40,660 nt of DNA from Actinomycetota bacterium (GCA_005793655.1 SXRC01000025.1:1-40660); one strand, 5' to 3'. Shown: positions 18,596 to 28,969, numbered from the stretch's first letter. Numbers and translations: made by a program. Notes: generated by a model from the letters alone, not told the origin.

Positions 18596-20744
18596 CTAAC
18601 CGTCTATCAAGTCCCCGCTGAAGTGAGCCGATAATAAGATTCCTGGCTTTTGATTTACTGCGATCCCAAATTGAGGGATTACTTATGGCGGAAGTTTTAT
18701 AAAAAGAGGGACACAAAACAGCCGCATGTGCAGCCTCACCACACAGGCCACAACCTACGCATGTGTTGAGAATTGTTGCAACTGGATCTTTGCGCATCAA
18801 GTCTGGGTTGGCAGCAATAGTCAGGGATGGACAACCATTAATTCGAATGCATGAGTGATCTCCAGTGCAAGTATCTGGATCGATGCCAAATCTCTCTCGG
18901 ACAACTCGCTTACCCTCTTTAATCTTTTTTGCCGTGATCGGCCGTTCACGTCTAGTTTTATTTAAAGTACACTCACTTTGCGCAACAATTACCTTAGGAC
19001 CTTGCTCTTTGGTGGTTAATGCATCTTTAAATAATTTTTTCATCTCATTTACTTTAAATGTGTTTGAGACAGTTTTTGCCCATTCAACTCCAACACCTCG
19101 CACAGCTCTTTCGATGGGATGTTTGGTCGAGCGAATCTCACTTGAGGCTGAAGATGAGAGTATGTCTTGTCCGCCAGTGGCCGCGCTGTAGGCGTTATCA
19201 ACGACTACTAACAAACCATCGTTTTTATTAAATACTGCGTTACCAATTCCGCTAGTTAATCCATTATGCCAAAAACCACCATCACCCATAAAACTAATGG
19301 TTCGCTTTTCACTTGTGGGGTCATGAAGTGCTGCCGCACCCGCTGCGCCTAAGCCATACCCCATGGTGGTTGCGCCAATATTAAACGGTGGCAAGATTGA
19401 AAAAAGATGGCAGCCAATATCTGCAGAAATATGATGCTTGCCAGTCTCTCGCTCTGCCAGCTTTAGCGCCGTAAAAATTGGTCGCTCTGGACAACCCGTA
19501 CAAAATGATGGTGGCCGTCCATGAATCTGTTCAGTTGGTGGATTCGACTTTATTGAGTTCGGCTTATCACCCATTGGGGTGACGATTGCCGGTAAATTAC
19601 TTTCATTTAATAATTGTGGACCAAATTTTCTAACAAACTCTAAAATCCCCTTAATGACTGCAGCAGGTGTGTACTCACCAGCTACTGGTAACAAATCTTT
19701 TCCATGCAAAGCGGTATCAACGCCAGCTCGGCGCAAAATTGCATTTATATTTTGCTCAATATAGTCAGGTTGTCCCTCCTCAACGAGCAGGATTCCCCGC
19801 TTGCTGCTGGCAAAGGCAACAACCTCATCATCAACAATTGGGTAGGTCACATTGAGAATGTAAAGCGGAATTTTACTATTTCCATAAACATCAGAAAGAC
19901 CAAGCAGTTGTAGCGCCCGAATCACTGTGTTGTAAACCCCACCTTGCATCACTATTCCAAAATCCTCTGCTCCGTCAGCAAATAACTCATTAATTTTGTT
20001 ATCTTTAATAAACTCAACCGCAGCAGGCCAGCGTTTAGTGATTTTTTCTTGCTCATGTAAGAAACTTGCTGGTGGTAACACAATTCTGTTGGTATCACGA
20101 ACTGGATTCTCCATTGCGTGACGTAAAGTAAAGGAAGGTTTGATATTGTCTTTCGCAATAAAGCGGCCGTGTAGGTGACATGAGCGCAAGCGAAGTTGCA
20201 ACATGACTGGTGAATTACTTGCCTCCGAAAGCCTAAACCCAATATCTACTGAGTCAACAATTGCAGTTAAGTTTGGCCGCGGATCTAGTAACCAAATCTG
20301 AGATTTCATTGCAAACGCATGAGAGCGCTCCTGCATAATCGATGAGCCTTCGCCGTAATCCTCACCAACAATAATTAACGCCCCACCAGTTACACCACCT
20401 GATGCCAAATTTGCTAATGCATCTGAAGCCACATTTGTACCAACAGTGGATTTAAAGGTTACCGCACCCCTTAATGGGTAATGAACAGATGCTGCCAACG
20501 ATGCAGCAGCGGTCGCCTCTGAAGCGCTATTTTCGAAATGAACTCCCAGCTCATCTAAGATTTCTTTTGCATCACCTAGTACATCCATTAAATGTGAAAT
20601 AGGTGCGCCTTGGTAGCCACCCACATAAGCAACGCCAGATTGAAGAAGTGCTTTGGTAACAGCAAGAATGCCTTCGCCATTAAACTCTTCACCAGCTGAG
20701 GCACGCAACTTTCCTACCTCTGTTGCAAATGAGCGCTCAGCCAT
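18579..20744 (-). CDS. iorA: Indolepyruvate:ferredoxin oxidoreductase alpha-type subunit (TPP, Fe-S)
   Basis: GYQGAP, RPPSFCTGCPER, DIGCH, GDGG...DN TPP motif, C-terminal CTGDHSC...GCP and CVGCGLC...CP ferredoxin motifs. Confidence 0.9.
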   Translation of the reverse strand: MAERSFATEVGKLRASAGEEFNGEGILAVTKALLQSGVAYVGGYQGAPISHLMDVLGDAKEILDELGVHFENSASEATAAASLAASVHYPLRGAVTFKSTVGTNVASDALANLASGGVTGGALIIVGEDYGEGSSIMQERSHAFAMKSQIWLLDPRPNLTAIVDSVDIGFRLSEASNSPVMLQLRLRSCHLHGRFIAKDNIKPSFTLRHAMENPVRDTNRIVLPPASFLHEQEKITKRWPAAVEFIKDNKINELFADGAEDFGIVMQGGVYNTVIRALQLLGLSDVYGNSKIPLYILNVTYPIVDDEVVAFASSKRGILLVEEGQPDYIEQNINAILRRAGVDTALHGKDLLPVAGEYTPAAVIKGILEFVRKFGPQLLNESNLPAIVTPMGDKPNSIKSNPPTEQIHGRPPSFCTGCPERPIFTALKLAERETGKHHISADIGCHLFSILPPFNIGATTMGYGLGAAGAAALHDPTSEKRTISFMGDGGFWHNGLTSGIGNAVFNKNDGLLVVVDNAYSAATGGQDILSSSASSEIRSTKHPIERAVRGVGVEWAKTVSNTFKVNEMKKLFKDALTTKEQGPKVIVAQSECTLNKTRRERPITAKKIKEGKRVVRERFGIDPDTCTGDHSCIRINGCPSLTIAANPDLMRKDPVATILNTCVGCGLCGEAAHAAVLCPSFYKTSAISNPSIWDRSKSKARNLIIGSLQRGLDRRLVGIEA

Positions 20745-20973
20745 GTGTCCCCCAAATACCTAAAATAGGCCAGCCCAAGTGGCCATTTCTGAATCCTCGC
20801 ATGAGTGCGAATGCATGTCTAGGGATATTCTGCCATAGTCGGTTGTGCTTTCAGCAACACAGGCAGTGCTTAGTTTTTGGCTGAAGGCATGGAAATTTGC
20901 TGTTCTCAGTACTAGTATCTAGTTTTGTACTAGCTCGACTTGGTCGTTTAAAAACCCTACTAGAGGAGTAGAT

Positions 20974-21747
20974 ATGGCTGGATTAGAAAAATTAGCAGCA
21001 GGACTGGCATCAGGAGATGTGCAAGTCCTAGATTTAACGGCGCCATTGCATTCAAACACCCCAATTTTAGTACTGCCTGAACCTTTTGGTCAGACTGCTA
21101 CTTTTAAATTAGAGGAGATTTCCAAGTATGACGATCGAGGTCCAGCTTGGTACTGGAATAACTTTCATACAGGTGAGCACACAGGCACCCATCTAGATGC
21201 ACCTAATCATTGGGTAACTGGCAAAGATGGCGATGATGTTGCATCAATTCCACCAAAGCGCCTAATTGGGCCTGCAGTAGTTCTAGATTTTGTCAAAGAG
21301 TCAGCAGCAAATCCAGATTTTTTGCTGGAGGTTTCACACATTGAGTCGTGGGAAAAAGCCAATGGCCGTATTCCAACTGGGGCATGGGTTCTCTTTCGAA
21401 CTGGCTGGTCAAAATTTGGTGATGATCCAAAGGCATTCGCAAATGCAGATGACAAAGGACCACATACGCCTGGACTACCACCAGCAACTGCAGAATTCCT
21501 AGCAACTAAACGAGACATCCTAGGATTAGGAGTTGAAACTGTTGGTATCGATGCCGGTGGCGCATTTGGCATGGATGTGCCATTTCCTTGTCACAATTAC
21601 CTACTTGGCAACAATAAGTATGGCTTAACTCAACTTCGAAACTTGGACAAACTTCCAACAACAGGAGCCATTGTACTTGCAGCTCCACTGAAAATTGTCG
21701 GTGGGTCAGGATCACCAACTAGAGTGTTAGCTTTGATTTCAAAGTAA
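20974..21747 (+). CDS. Cyclase-family metal amidohydrolase, isatin-hydrolase-like (KynB superfamily)
   Basis: EHTGTHLDAPNHW (HxGTHxDxPxH), EEISKYDDRGPAWYWNN, GSGSPTRVLA. SD AGGAG. Confidence 0.85.
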   Translation: MAGLEKLAAGLASGDVQVLDLTAPLHSNTPILVLPEPFGQTATFKLEEISKYDDRGPAWYWNNFHTGEHTGTHLDAPNHWVTGKDGDDVASIPPKRLIGPAVVLDFVKESAANPDFLLEVSHIESWEKANGRIPTGAWVLFRTGWSKFGDDPKAFANADDKGPHTPGLPPATAEFLATKRDILGLGVETVGIDAGGAFGMDVPFPCHNYLLGNNKYGLTQLRNLDKLPTTGAIVLAAPLKIVGGSGSPTRVLALISK

Positions 21748-21757
21748 TAAAATATCT

Positions 21758-21789
21758 AAAAATCCCACCAAGATTTTGGTGGGGTTTTT
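21758..21789. terminator. Bidirectional intrinsic terminator
   Basis: AAAAATCCCACCAA-GATT-TTGGTGGGGTTTTT hairpin with A and T tracts, between convergent genes. Confidence 0.85.
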
Positions 21790-23398
21790 ATTTTTGTAAA
21801 ATTTTACGCAATAAACTTTTTTTTGTAAGTTTTTGAGCGACAATAAATCCTGAGCCACCGCCAAGTCCTGGCCCTGGATGGGTAGATGCGCCAATATGCC
21901 AGAGTTTTTTGACTGGGGTTCGATGCCCTGTTGCAGTTGTCAGTGGTCGCCAAGGAGCAAATTGATCAATTCGACAATCACCTGAATATGGATCACCGCC
22001 AACCAAATTGATATTCATCGCTTCAATCTCTCGTGGGCCCAGCACAATTTTTGCTAGTGTGGCCGATTTTAGATTTGTAATCTGATCACCGAGTTGATCA
22101 AGAATACGATCTGCATAGGAGTTTAAGACCTCTTGGCTCCAGCTGCCATCACCTTTTGAAATTTCATTTGCTAAATCACCTTTGATCACCTGTGGATTTT
22201 CTTGTAGTTGGATCCAAATAATTGATTTTCCTTCTGGTGCTCTACTTGGATCAACAACACATGGTTGTCCAACCACAATTGTGGGCCGGGCAGGTAGATA
22301 ACCCCGATTTGCTGCATTCACAGATTCAGAGAGTGAGCCCACACCATCTAAAACGTGAACCACTGCGACATCTTTCATTCTTGGATCATTTTTCCAGATC
22401 GGTGGCTCGGAAAGGGCTAAGTGTATTTGAACCGCCGCCCGGCCATATCTAAAATTATTTGCAGCTGATTTGATCTCTGCTGGAACCAGATTATTCTCTA
22501 ATAATTTTTGGTATAAAACTTGCGGAGTAGTTGATGCTAGAACCGCTTTTTGAGACATAAAAGTTCTTCCGTCTGCTAACTCAACACCTGATGCCTTCTT
22601 CTTATCTATTAAAATCTTAACAACATCAGCATTAGTTAATAGATCTCCTGCATTATCTTTGATTATTGAAATTAAGGCATCAACAAGTACGACTCCACCA
22701 CCAATCGGTACTGGCATGCCACCAAATGCAATTGCCGCAGAGATTACTTTTGTTATAAATGCACTTCCGGCATCATCAGGTCCCATGCCATTATGCAGAG
22801 CCCATGGCGCAAGCAACGCTTTGCTGACAGGTGATTTAAATTGTCGATCCAGCCATGGCTGAGCTGGCTCTAAGAGTTCTGCGCCAGTTGCAATCAAGCC
22901 TCTTGTGCCAAAACGTTTGCGGGCAACTCTGGCTAACTTCAACGAAGATGCGTGCCATAAATCTGCGCCAAGTAATCCAAAGGCCAAATCCAATTTGGGA
23001 GTGAACTCCCCCATCATATTTTCCCAAGAGGCCTTATCTGATAGTCGAGCAAATTCGCCAGAAGTTTTTTCAGAATCTGTGAATAAAATAGCACTTCCAT
23101 CATCACAGATTACACCAGTAGGTGCCTCGGTATTTTTATAAACCAACCCACGTTTATCTAACTCATCTTTCAAAAATGCATATGCTGGACCGCCAACAAA
23201 AAGTGGATGCCAGCTCGACAACATCTCATGAGTAAAACCTGGCAATGTGGCCTGCTCAGTTCGAATAGCTCCACCAGGTTTATCATTTCGCTCACATATT
23301 AAAACCTGCCAGCCAGCAATACTCATTACTGCCCCAGCTACCAAAGCGTTTATTCCACTTCCAATAATTATTGCATCGTATTGCTTTTCTTGATCCAT
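21788..23398 (-). CDS. Phytoene-dehydrogenase-like FAD oxidoreductase (paralog A), function unknown
   Basis: IIGSGINAL, ERNDKPGGA, IHLALSEPP, NLVGGDPYSG, GASTHPGPGLGGGSG. Leaderless (TAGGTT, 6 nt, ATG). Confidence 0.85.
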   Translation of the reverse strand: MDQEKQYDAIIIGSGINALVAGAVMSIAGWQVLICERNDKPGGAIRTEQATLPGFTHEMLSSWHPLFVGGPAYAFLKDELDKRGLVYKNTEAPTGVICDDGSAILFTDSEKTSGEFARLSDKASWENMMGEFTPKLDLAFGLLGADLWHASSLKLARVARKRFGTRGLIATGAELLEPAQPWLDRQFKSPVSKALLAPWALHNGMGPDDAGSAFITKVISAAIAFGGMPVPIGGGVVLVDALISIIKDNAGDLLTNADVVKILIDKKKASGVELADGRTFMSQKAVLASTTPQVLYQKLLENNLVPAEIKSAANNFRYGRAAVQIHLALSEPPIWKNDPRMKDVAVVHVLDGVGSLSESVNAANRGYLPARPTIVVGQPCVVDPSRAPEGKSIIWIQLQENPQVIKGDLANEISKGDGSWSQEVLNSYADRILDQLGDQITNLKSATLAKIVLGPREIEAMNINLVGGDPYSGDCRIDQFAPWRPLTTATGHRTPVKKLWHIGASTHPGPGLGGGSGFIVAQKLTKKSLLRKILQK

Positions 23399-23454
23399 GC
23401 TGCAAACCTATTCTTACTCTTGTGTAATAGTCAACTCATGTGAGAAGGTATGTC

Positions 23455-25011
23455 GTGCAAAAAGTTGTGATTATTGGATCTGGAATTAATGGTTTAAGTG
23501 CCGCCGCACTTCTTGCCAAACGGGGCAAATCAATCGTTGTTTTAGAAAGCTCAGACAAGTTTGGTGGTGCGGTGCGCACTGAAGAAATAACCTTACCTAA
23601 ATATAAACATGATCTTTTTGCGACAAACTTAAGTTTATTTGCAGGTGGTGGAGTCATGGCGCTGCTGAAGGATGATCTAATTCGAAATGGACTTGATTTT
23701 GTGCCATCAGCAAAGCCATATTGCTCAATTTTTCCTGATGGCAAAATAATTGGAATTACAATGGATAGACAAGTAAATATTGAGTCACTCAAAAAAATTG
23801 TTCCCGCAGATGTTGAATCTTGGAAACTGCTGACTGAGAAATTAGTCAGATTGTCTCCTCACCTATTCCCAATATTAGGTACCGAGTTGCCTTCATTGGC
23901 TGCGGTGCGATTATTATTTAAAATCTGGCGAGCACTTGGCACAGCTGAGTTCTTTGAATTAATTCGATTACTCCTTCAGTCAAGCAGAGCATTTACCGAT
24001 GAATATTTTGTTCATCCAGAGACTAAGGCGCTGGCTGCAACATGGGGAATGCATCTTGATTATGGCCCAGATATCTCAGGCGGGGCACTATTTTCATTCC
24101 TTGAGTCAATTGGTGGACAAGAGTTCGGCATGGTTCTTGGTAAAGGTGGGGCCGACACACTCATAAACGCCCTAGTTGCAGTAATTCGTGAAAATGGTGG
24201 AGAGGTAATTGCAAACTCTGAAGTTACTGAAATAGAGTTGAAGAACGGGAAGGCAGTAGGTGTAAAAACTGCAGATGGAAGAATATTTGATGCAAAAGCA
24301 GTAATTGCTAATCTAAACCCATCATTGATTCCAAATCTCCTTCCGTCAGCTGAAAAAACATTGCCAAAAATTTCTAAAATAAAGAATTTTCGTCCGGGCC
24401 TTGGAACCATGATGATTCACTTGGCTCTTAGTGAATTACCCAATTGGCGTGCTACTGAGGCACGTGATTTTAATTATGTTCATATTGGGCCATACCTTGA
24501 CGATATGGCCATGACATATGCCGTTGCTGCTGCAGGGAAATTGCCAAAACACCCAACCTTAGTGATCGGTCAACCTACAGTCAGTGATCCCTCCAGGGCG
24601 CCAACGGGCAAACATATCCTTTGGATTCAGGTAAGGGTTTTGCCTCTTGAAATCACTGCAGATGAATCTGAAGAAATTACTGGTACAAACTGGGATGAAG
24701 TTGGAGAAGAATACGCAGATCGTATACTCAATAATATTGAAGTTTATGCACCAGGATTTAAAGAGTTAATCTTGGCAAGAAAAGTCTTAACTCCAAGTGA
24801 CCTTGAACGATATAACAGCAACCTTATTAAGGGTGATTCACTCGGCGGAAGTCACCACCCAGCGCAATTCTTTTTTTTACGACCAATCCCAGGTTGGACT
24901 GGACACAAATCCCCAATTAAAAATCTTTATATTTGTGGTTCTGGTACATGGCCAGGAGGTGGTGTTGGTGGTGGAAGTGGCTTAATGGTTTCAAAATTAC
25001 TTAGTAAATAA
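23455..25011 (+). CDS. Phytoene-dehydrogenase-like FAD oxidoreductase (paralog B), function unknown
   Basis: IIGSGINGL, IHLALSELP, GDSLGGSHH, GSGTWPGGGVGGGSG. GTG 23455 chosen for SD GAAGG (alternative start 23440). Confidence 0.85.
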   Translation: MQKVVIIGSGINGLSAAALLAKRGKSIVVLESSDKFGGAVRTEEITLPKYKHDLFATNLSLFAGGGVMALLKDDLIRNGLDFVPSAKPYCSIFPDGKIIGITMDRQVNIESLKKIVPADVESWKLLTEKLVRLSPHLFPILGTELPSLAAVRLLFKIWRALGTAEFFELIRLLLQSSRAFTDEYFVHPETKALAATWGMHLDYGPDISGGALFSFLESIGGQEFGMVLGKGGADTLINALVAVIRENGGEVIANSEVTEIELKNGKAVGVKTADGRIFDAKAVIANLNPSLIPNLLPSAEKTLPKISKIKNFRPGLGTMMIHLALSELPNWRATEARDFNYVHIGPYLDDMAMTYAVAAAGKLPKHPTLVIGQPTVSDPSRAPTGKHILWIQVRVLPLEITADESEEITGTNWDEVGEEYADRILNNIEVYAPGFKELILARKVLTPSDLERYNSNLIKGDSLGGSHHPAQFFFLRPIPGWTGHKSPIKNLYICGSGTWPGGGVGGGSGLMVSKLLSK

Positions 25012-25389
25012 CTTTGCACGCCAATCATCTGGCCATCTTTTGGCACCATCTGCTTTACTTGGTGAATAAACAATAATGTAGTTTCCAACAGCTGCCATCT
25101 CACCATTTACTGAGGCTGTAAATGAAAACTCAGCTGAAGAGTTCCCAATTCTTACCACTTCAAGATTAGTTTTAATTTGTTCACCAAAAAATATTCTTCG
25201 CATATATTCCATTTGGACTTTGACACGGGGAATTTGACCAAACAATGTTGAAGGTAAACCAACGCTTCGGTAAAGTGCTGCCTCACACTCTTCAACCCAT
25301 CTAAACGCACTTGTATAATGTTGATGACCGGCGGCATCAGTTTCAGCCCACTCTAAGTACCTTAATAACTCAACCTTAGCTCCAGCCAT
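24997..25389 (-). CDS. Hotdog-fold acyl-CoA thioesterase (4-hydroxybenzoyl-CoA thioesterase-like)
   Basis: WAETDAAGHQHY, RIGNSS. SD GGGAGG. Confidence 0.85.
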   Translation of the reverse strand: MAGAKVELLRYLEWAETDAAGHQHYTSAFRWVEECEAALYRSVGLPSTLFGQIPRVKVQMEYMRRIFFGEQIKTNLEVVRIGNSSAEFSFTASVNGEMAAVGNYIIVYSPSKADGAKRWPDDWRAKLFTK

Positions 25390-25445
25390 GATTGCCTCCC
25401 TCTATAACCATAGTAACTAGATTTCTACAATCCTTATGACGCTGG

Positions 25446-26918
25446 TCAGACATTTGACTGATAATTCGCCTTCACATACAAGTCTAGGTAATCATTGACT
25501 GAAGTTTCACTTAACTTTTTATAATCCATTGAAAATTCTAAAATTCTCTCTTGTTGTGATTTATCAAACACACGAGCCAGATTCACTTTAAATTTTTCAA
25601 CTAAAAGTGGTATCCCTTCAACTCTTCTGCGTGCATGACCAACCGGATACTCCACGACTATCTCATCTAATGAAGTGCCATCACTGAATTCAACAGTGAC
25701 TGCATTTGCAATCGAGCGTTTGTTTGGATCATGATAATCAGCTGTGAAGGTGGGATCTTCAATGCAGATAATTTTCTCTCGCAGTTGGTCAATTTCTATA
25801 TTTGATGCGAAATCCTCCTCGTAATCTCGTGCTGTTAAATGTCCAAAAATAATCGGAACTGCAACCATGTATTGAATGCAATGGTCGCGATCAGCAGGAT
25901 TTCTAAGTGGACCTTTTTTGTCAATAATTCGAATGCAAGCCTCATGTGTTCGAATCTTAATTTTTTTAATTTCAGAAAACTTTTTACCACTGCTCTTCAT
26001 TTGTTTATGAATCGTCATTGCAGCTTCGACTGCAGTTTGAGAGTGAAATTCAGCTGGGAATGAAATTTTAAAAAGAATATTTTCCATTACATATGATCCA
26101 TAAGGGCGTTGAAATTTAAATTTATTTTTTTGGAAAAGTGAGTCGTAAAAACCCCACCCTTTTGCTGATAAAACCGTTGGATAACCCATTTCACCAGTCT
26201 GGGCGATTAATGCCAATCGAACTGCGCGAGATGTAGCATCACCGGCAGCCCATGATTTTCGTGACCCAGCATTAGGAAAATGCCGATAAGTGCGCAGAGA
26301 TTGACCATCCACCCACGCATGAGAAACTGTGCTTAAAATTTGCTCCCGGGTTAAGCCAAGCATCTTTGCTACAACTGCAGCAGATGCAATCTTTACCAGC
26401 ACAACATGATCTAGGCCGACTTTATTGAAAGAGTTTTCAAGTGCTAGACACCCTTGAATCTCATGAGCTTTTATCATTGCAGTCAGAACATCTAACATTT
26501 TTAAAGGTGGACGGCCGTTTGCAACTGCCGTTCTCGATAGCCAATCGGCTACCGCCAAAATTCCCCCCAGATTATCTGAAGGGTGCCCCCATTCAGCAGC
26601 TAACCAGGTGTCATTAAAATCTAACCAGCGAATCATCGCTCCGATATTAAAAGCACCCTGAACTGGATCTAATTCATAATTAGTTCCTGGGACCCTTACT
26701 CCATTAGTCATAACAGCACCAGGCACTAGCGGACCAAGAAGTTTTCTACACTCTTTGTATTCAAGTGCTTCAAGACCGCAACCTAGAGTATCGAGCAAAC
26801 AATTCCATGCTGTTTGATAAGCAGTATCTGATTTAATCTCAAACTTTTTTACATAATCAACAATATCAATAATTTCTTGGTCATATTCCATAACTTCTCG
26901 AGCAATATTTGAAGACAC
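25446..26918 (-). CDS. prpD: 2-methylcitrate dehydratase
   Basis: RWLDFNDTWLAAEWGHPSDN, SRKSWAAGDA, KISFPAEFHSQTA, DRDHCIQY. Confidence 0.97.
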   Translation of the reverse strand: MSSNIAREVMEYDQEIIDIVDYVKKFEIKSDTAYQTAWNCLLDTLGCGLEALEYKECRKLLGPLVPGAVMTNGVRVPGTNYELDPVQGAFNIGAMIRWLDFNDTWLAAEWGHPSDNLGGILAVADWLSRTAVANGRPPLKMLDVLTAMIKAHEIQGCLALENSFNKVGLDHVVLVKIASAAVVAKMLGLTREQILSTVSHAWVDGQSLRTYRHFPNAGSRKSWAAGDATSRAVRLALIAQTGEMGYPTVLSAKGWGFYDSLFQKNKFKFQRPYGSYVMENILFKISFPAEFHSQTAVEAAMTIHKQMKSSGKKFSEIKKIKIRTHEACIRIIDKKGPLRNPADRDHCIQYMVAVPIIFGHLTARDYEEDFASNIEIDQLREKIICIEDPTFTADYHDPNKRSIANAVTVEFSDGTSLDEIVVEYPVGHARRRVEGIPLLVEKFKVNLARVFDKSQQERILEFSMDYKKLSETSVNDYLDLYVKANYQSNV

Positions 26919-26925
26919 TCTTGAC

Positions 26926-28083
26926 CTATCTTCTCTCGATTGGGATGAACTCTAAATCTTCAGGCCCAGTGTACTCAGCACTTGGTCGAATAATTTTATT
27001 ATTTATTCGTTGCTCAATGACATGTGCTGACCAACCCGTTGTTCTTGCAATAACAAATATTGGTGTGAAGAAAGCAGTTGGAATACCCATTATTTTATAA
27101 GCTACAGCAGAAAACCAATCCAGATTAGGAAACATCTTCTTACTTTCCCACATAACTGATTCAATCCGTTCTGCAATGTTATAGAGGTGCATATCATTTG
27201 CTTCTTGACTCAAATCGTGCGCAACTGATTTGATCACCTTATTTCGAGGATCTGAAATCGTATAGACCGGGTGCCCAAACCCAATTACCACCTCTTTATT
27301 TGCAATCCTATTTTGAATATCTTCCTGAGCTTCATCCACGGTTTGGTAGCGCTCTTGAGCTTCTAAGGCAGCTTCGTTCGCACCACCATGCTTTGGTCCA
27401 CGCAAGGCACCGATTGCCCCTGCAATTGAGGCGAATATATCTGAACCTGTGCCAGCAATAACTCTTCCAGTAAAGGTTGAAGCATTAAATTCATGCTCTG
27501 CATAAAGAATCAATGAAACATGCATCGCCTTTACCCATTCATGACTGGGTGCAACACCGTGCAGCATATGCAAAAAGTGTCCTCCAACTGAATCATCATC
27601 GGTCTCGACATTGATTTGCTTGCCAGTATTTGCAAAGTGATACCAATAGAGCAACATTGAGCCAGAGCTTGCCACTAATTGATCCGCTATTTCACGTGCC
27701 TCTTGCGGTGAGTGAACCAATGATTCTGGTGATTCACAGCCAAATGCCGAGACGCCAGTGCGAAGAACATCCATCGGGTGAGCAGTTTTAGGTAGCGCTT
27801 CTAAAACTTTGCGCACGGTAGTTGTCAGCCCACGTAAGGATTTCAGTTTAGCTTTATAAGTGCGCAGTTCATCTTTGTTTGGTAGCTTTTCATGAATAAG
27901 CAAATAAGCAACCTCTTCAAATTCGCACTTTGAAGCTAGGTCATAAATGTCATACCCTCGATAATGAAGGTCATTTCCACTTTTTCCAACTGAACATAGC
28001 GAAGTTGAACCAGCTACAACTCCCGATAATGCAACTGATTTCTTTGGCTTAAATTCTGTTTTTGGTGAATCACTCATCGTCAT
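26926..28083 (-). CDS. prpC: 2-methylcitrate synthase
   Basis: [45 protein letters not shown]. Confidence 0.96.
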   Translation of the reverse strand: MTMSDSPKTEFKPKKSVALSGVVAGSTSLCSVGKSGNDLHYRGYDIYDLASKCEFEEVAYLLIHEKLPNKDELRTYKAKLKSLRGLTTTVRKVLEALPKTAHPMDVLRTGVSAFGCESPESLVHSPQEAREIADQLVASSGSMLLYWYHFANTGKQINVETDDDSVGGHFLHMLHGVAPSHEWVKAMHVSLILYAEHEFNASTFTGRVIAGTGSDIFASIAGAIGALRGPKHGGANEAALEAQERYQTVDEAQEDIQNRIANKEVVIGFGHPVYTISDPRNKVIKSVAHDLSQEANDMHLYNIAERIESVMWESKKMFPNLDWFSAVAYKIMGIPTAFFTPIFVIARTTGWSAHVIEQRINNKIIRPSAEYTGPEDLEFIPIERR

Positions 28084-28969
28084 TTGATTTCTGTTTACCT
28101 AAAAGTTGATCTAATTCTTTTTCATATCTGAAATAATCTATGCGCTCATACAACTCTTCTCGGGTTTGCATGGAATTGATTACAGATTGTTGTGATCCCT
28201 CTTTTCGGATAACCTCATAAACATTTTCGGCTGCTTTATTCATGGCACGAAAAGCTGAAAGTGGATACAAAACCATTTTTACCCCGACCGAAGCTAACTC
28301 AGATGTTTTAAAAAGAGGGGTTTTGCCAAATTCGGTAATATTTGCCAGCACCGGCACTTTGATATCTTTTGTAATTTCCTCATAAATTGCAAGTGTCTGC
28401 ACCGCCTCGGGAAATATCGCATCTGCGCCAGCCTCTATATATGCATGTGCCCGATCTAAAACACCATCTAACCCTTCCTTGTCAAAGGAATCAGTCCTAG
28501 CCATTATGACAAATGAAGAGTCGGTGCGTGCATCGACAGCTGCTTTTATCCGATCAACCATCTCGGACTTACTTACTATTTCTTTATTTGGTCGGTGACC
28601 ACATCTTTTAGCGCTAACTTGATCTTCAATATGCACCGCAGCCACACCAGCTTTCTCAAGAGCTTTAATGGTTCGCGCAATATTAAATGCAGAAGAACCA
28701 AAGCCAGTATCAATATCAACCAACAATGGCACATCACAAACATCAGTAATCCGTCTGGCATCGATTAAGACATCCTCTAAGGTAGTTATGCCTAGATCTG
28801 GAATACCAAGTGATCCGGCAGCCACTCCACCACCTGACAAATAAATTGCCTTATACCCAGCCCGTTTTGCCAAAAGTGCATGATTTGCATTAATCGTGCC
28901 AATAATTTGTAGCGGTGACTCCTCTTTAACTGCCTTGGTGAATCTGGAACCCGGCGTATTTTGACTCAC
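28070..28969 (-). CDS. prpB: 2-methylisocitrate lyase
   Basis: [39 protein letters not shown]. Leaderless GTG (TAAGGT, 6 nt). Confidence 0.97.
   Translation of the reverse strand: MSQNTPGSRFTKAVKEESPLQIIGTINANHALLAKRAGYKAIYLSGGGVAAGSLGIPDLGITTLEDVLIDARRITDVCDVPLLVDIDTGFGSSAFNIARTIKALEKAGVAAVHIEDQVSAKRCGHRPNKEIVSKSEMVDRIKAAVDARTDSSFVIMARTDSFDKEGLDGVLDRAHAYIEAGADAIFPEAVQTLAIYEEITKDIKVPVLANITEFGKTPLFKTSELASVGVKMVLYPLSAFRAMNKAAENVYEVIRKEGSQQSVINSMQTREELYERIDYFRYEKELDQLLGKQKSNDDE

Noticed and set aside
20801-20884. 27-aa Cys-rich plus-strand ORF (MSANACLGIFCHSRLCFQQHRQCLVFG)
   Set aside because: No SD or leaderless -10 at a suitable distance; probably chance.
20745-20973. Cobalamin or other known riboswitch in the long intergenic regions (also 25-192)
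   Set aside because: I could not find the conserved B12-box, SAM or T-box elements by eye. An Rfam cmscan would be decisive.
21788-25011. Carotenoid biosynthesis (crtI/crtO) call
   Set aside because: No phytoene synthase or other crt genes, and the context is catabolic. Kept as unknown flavoproteins.
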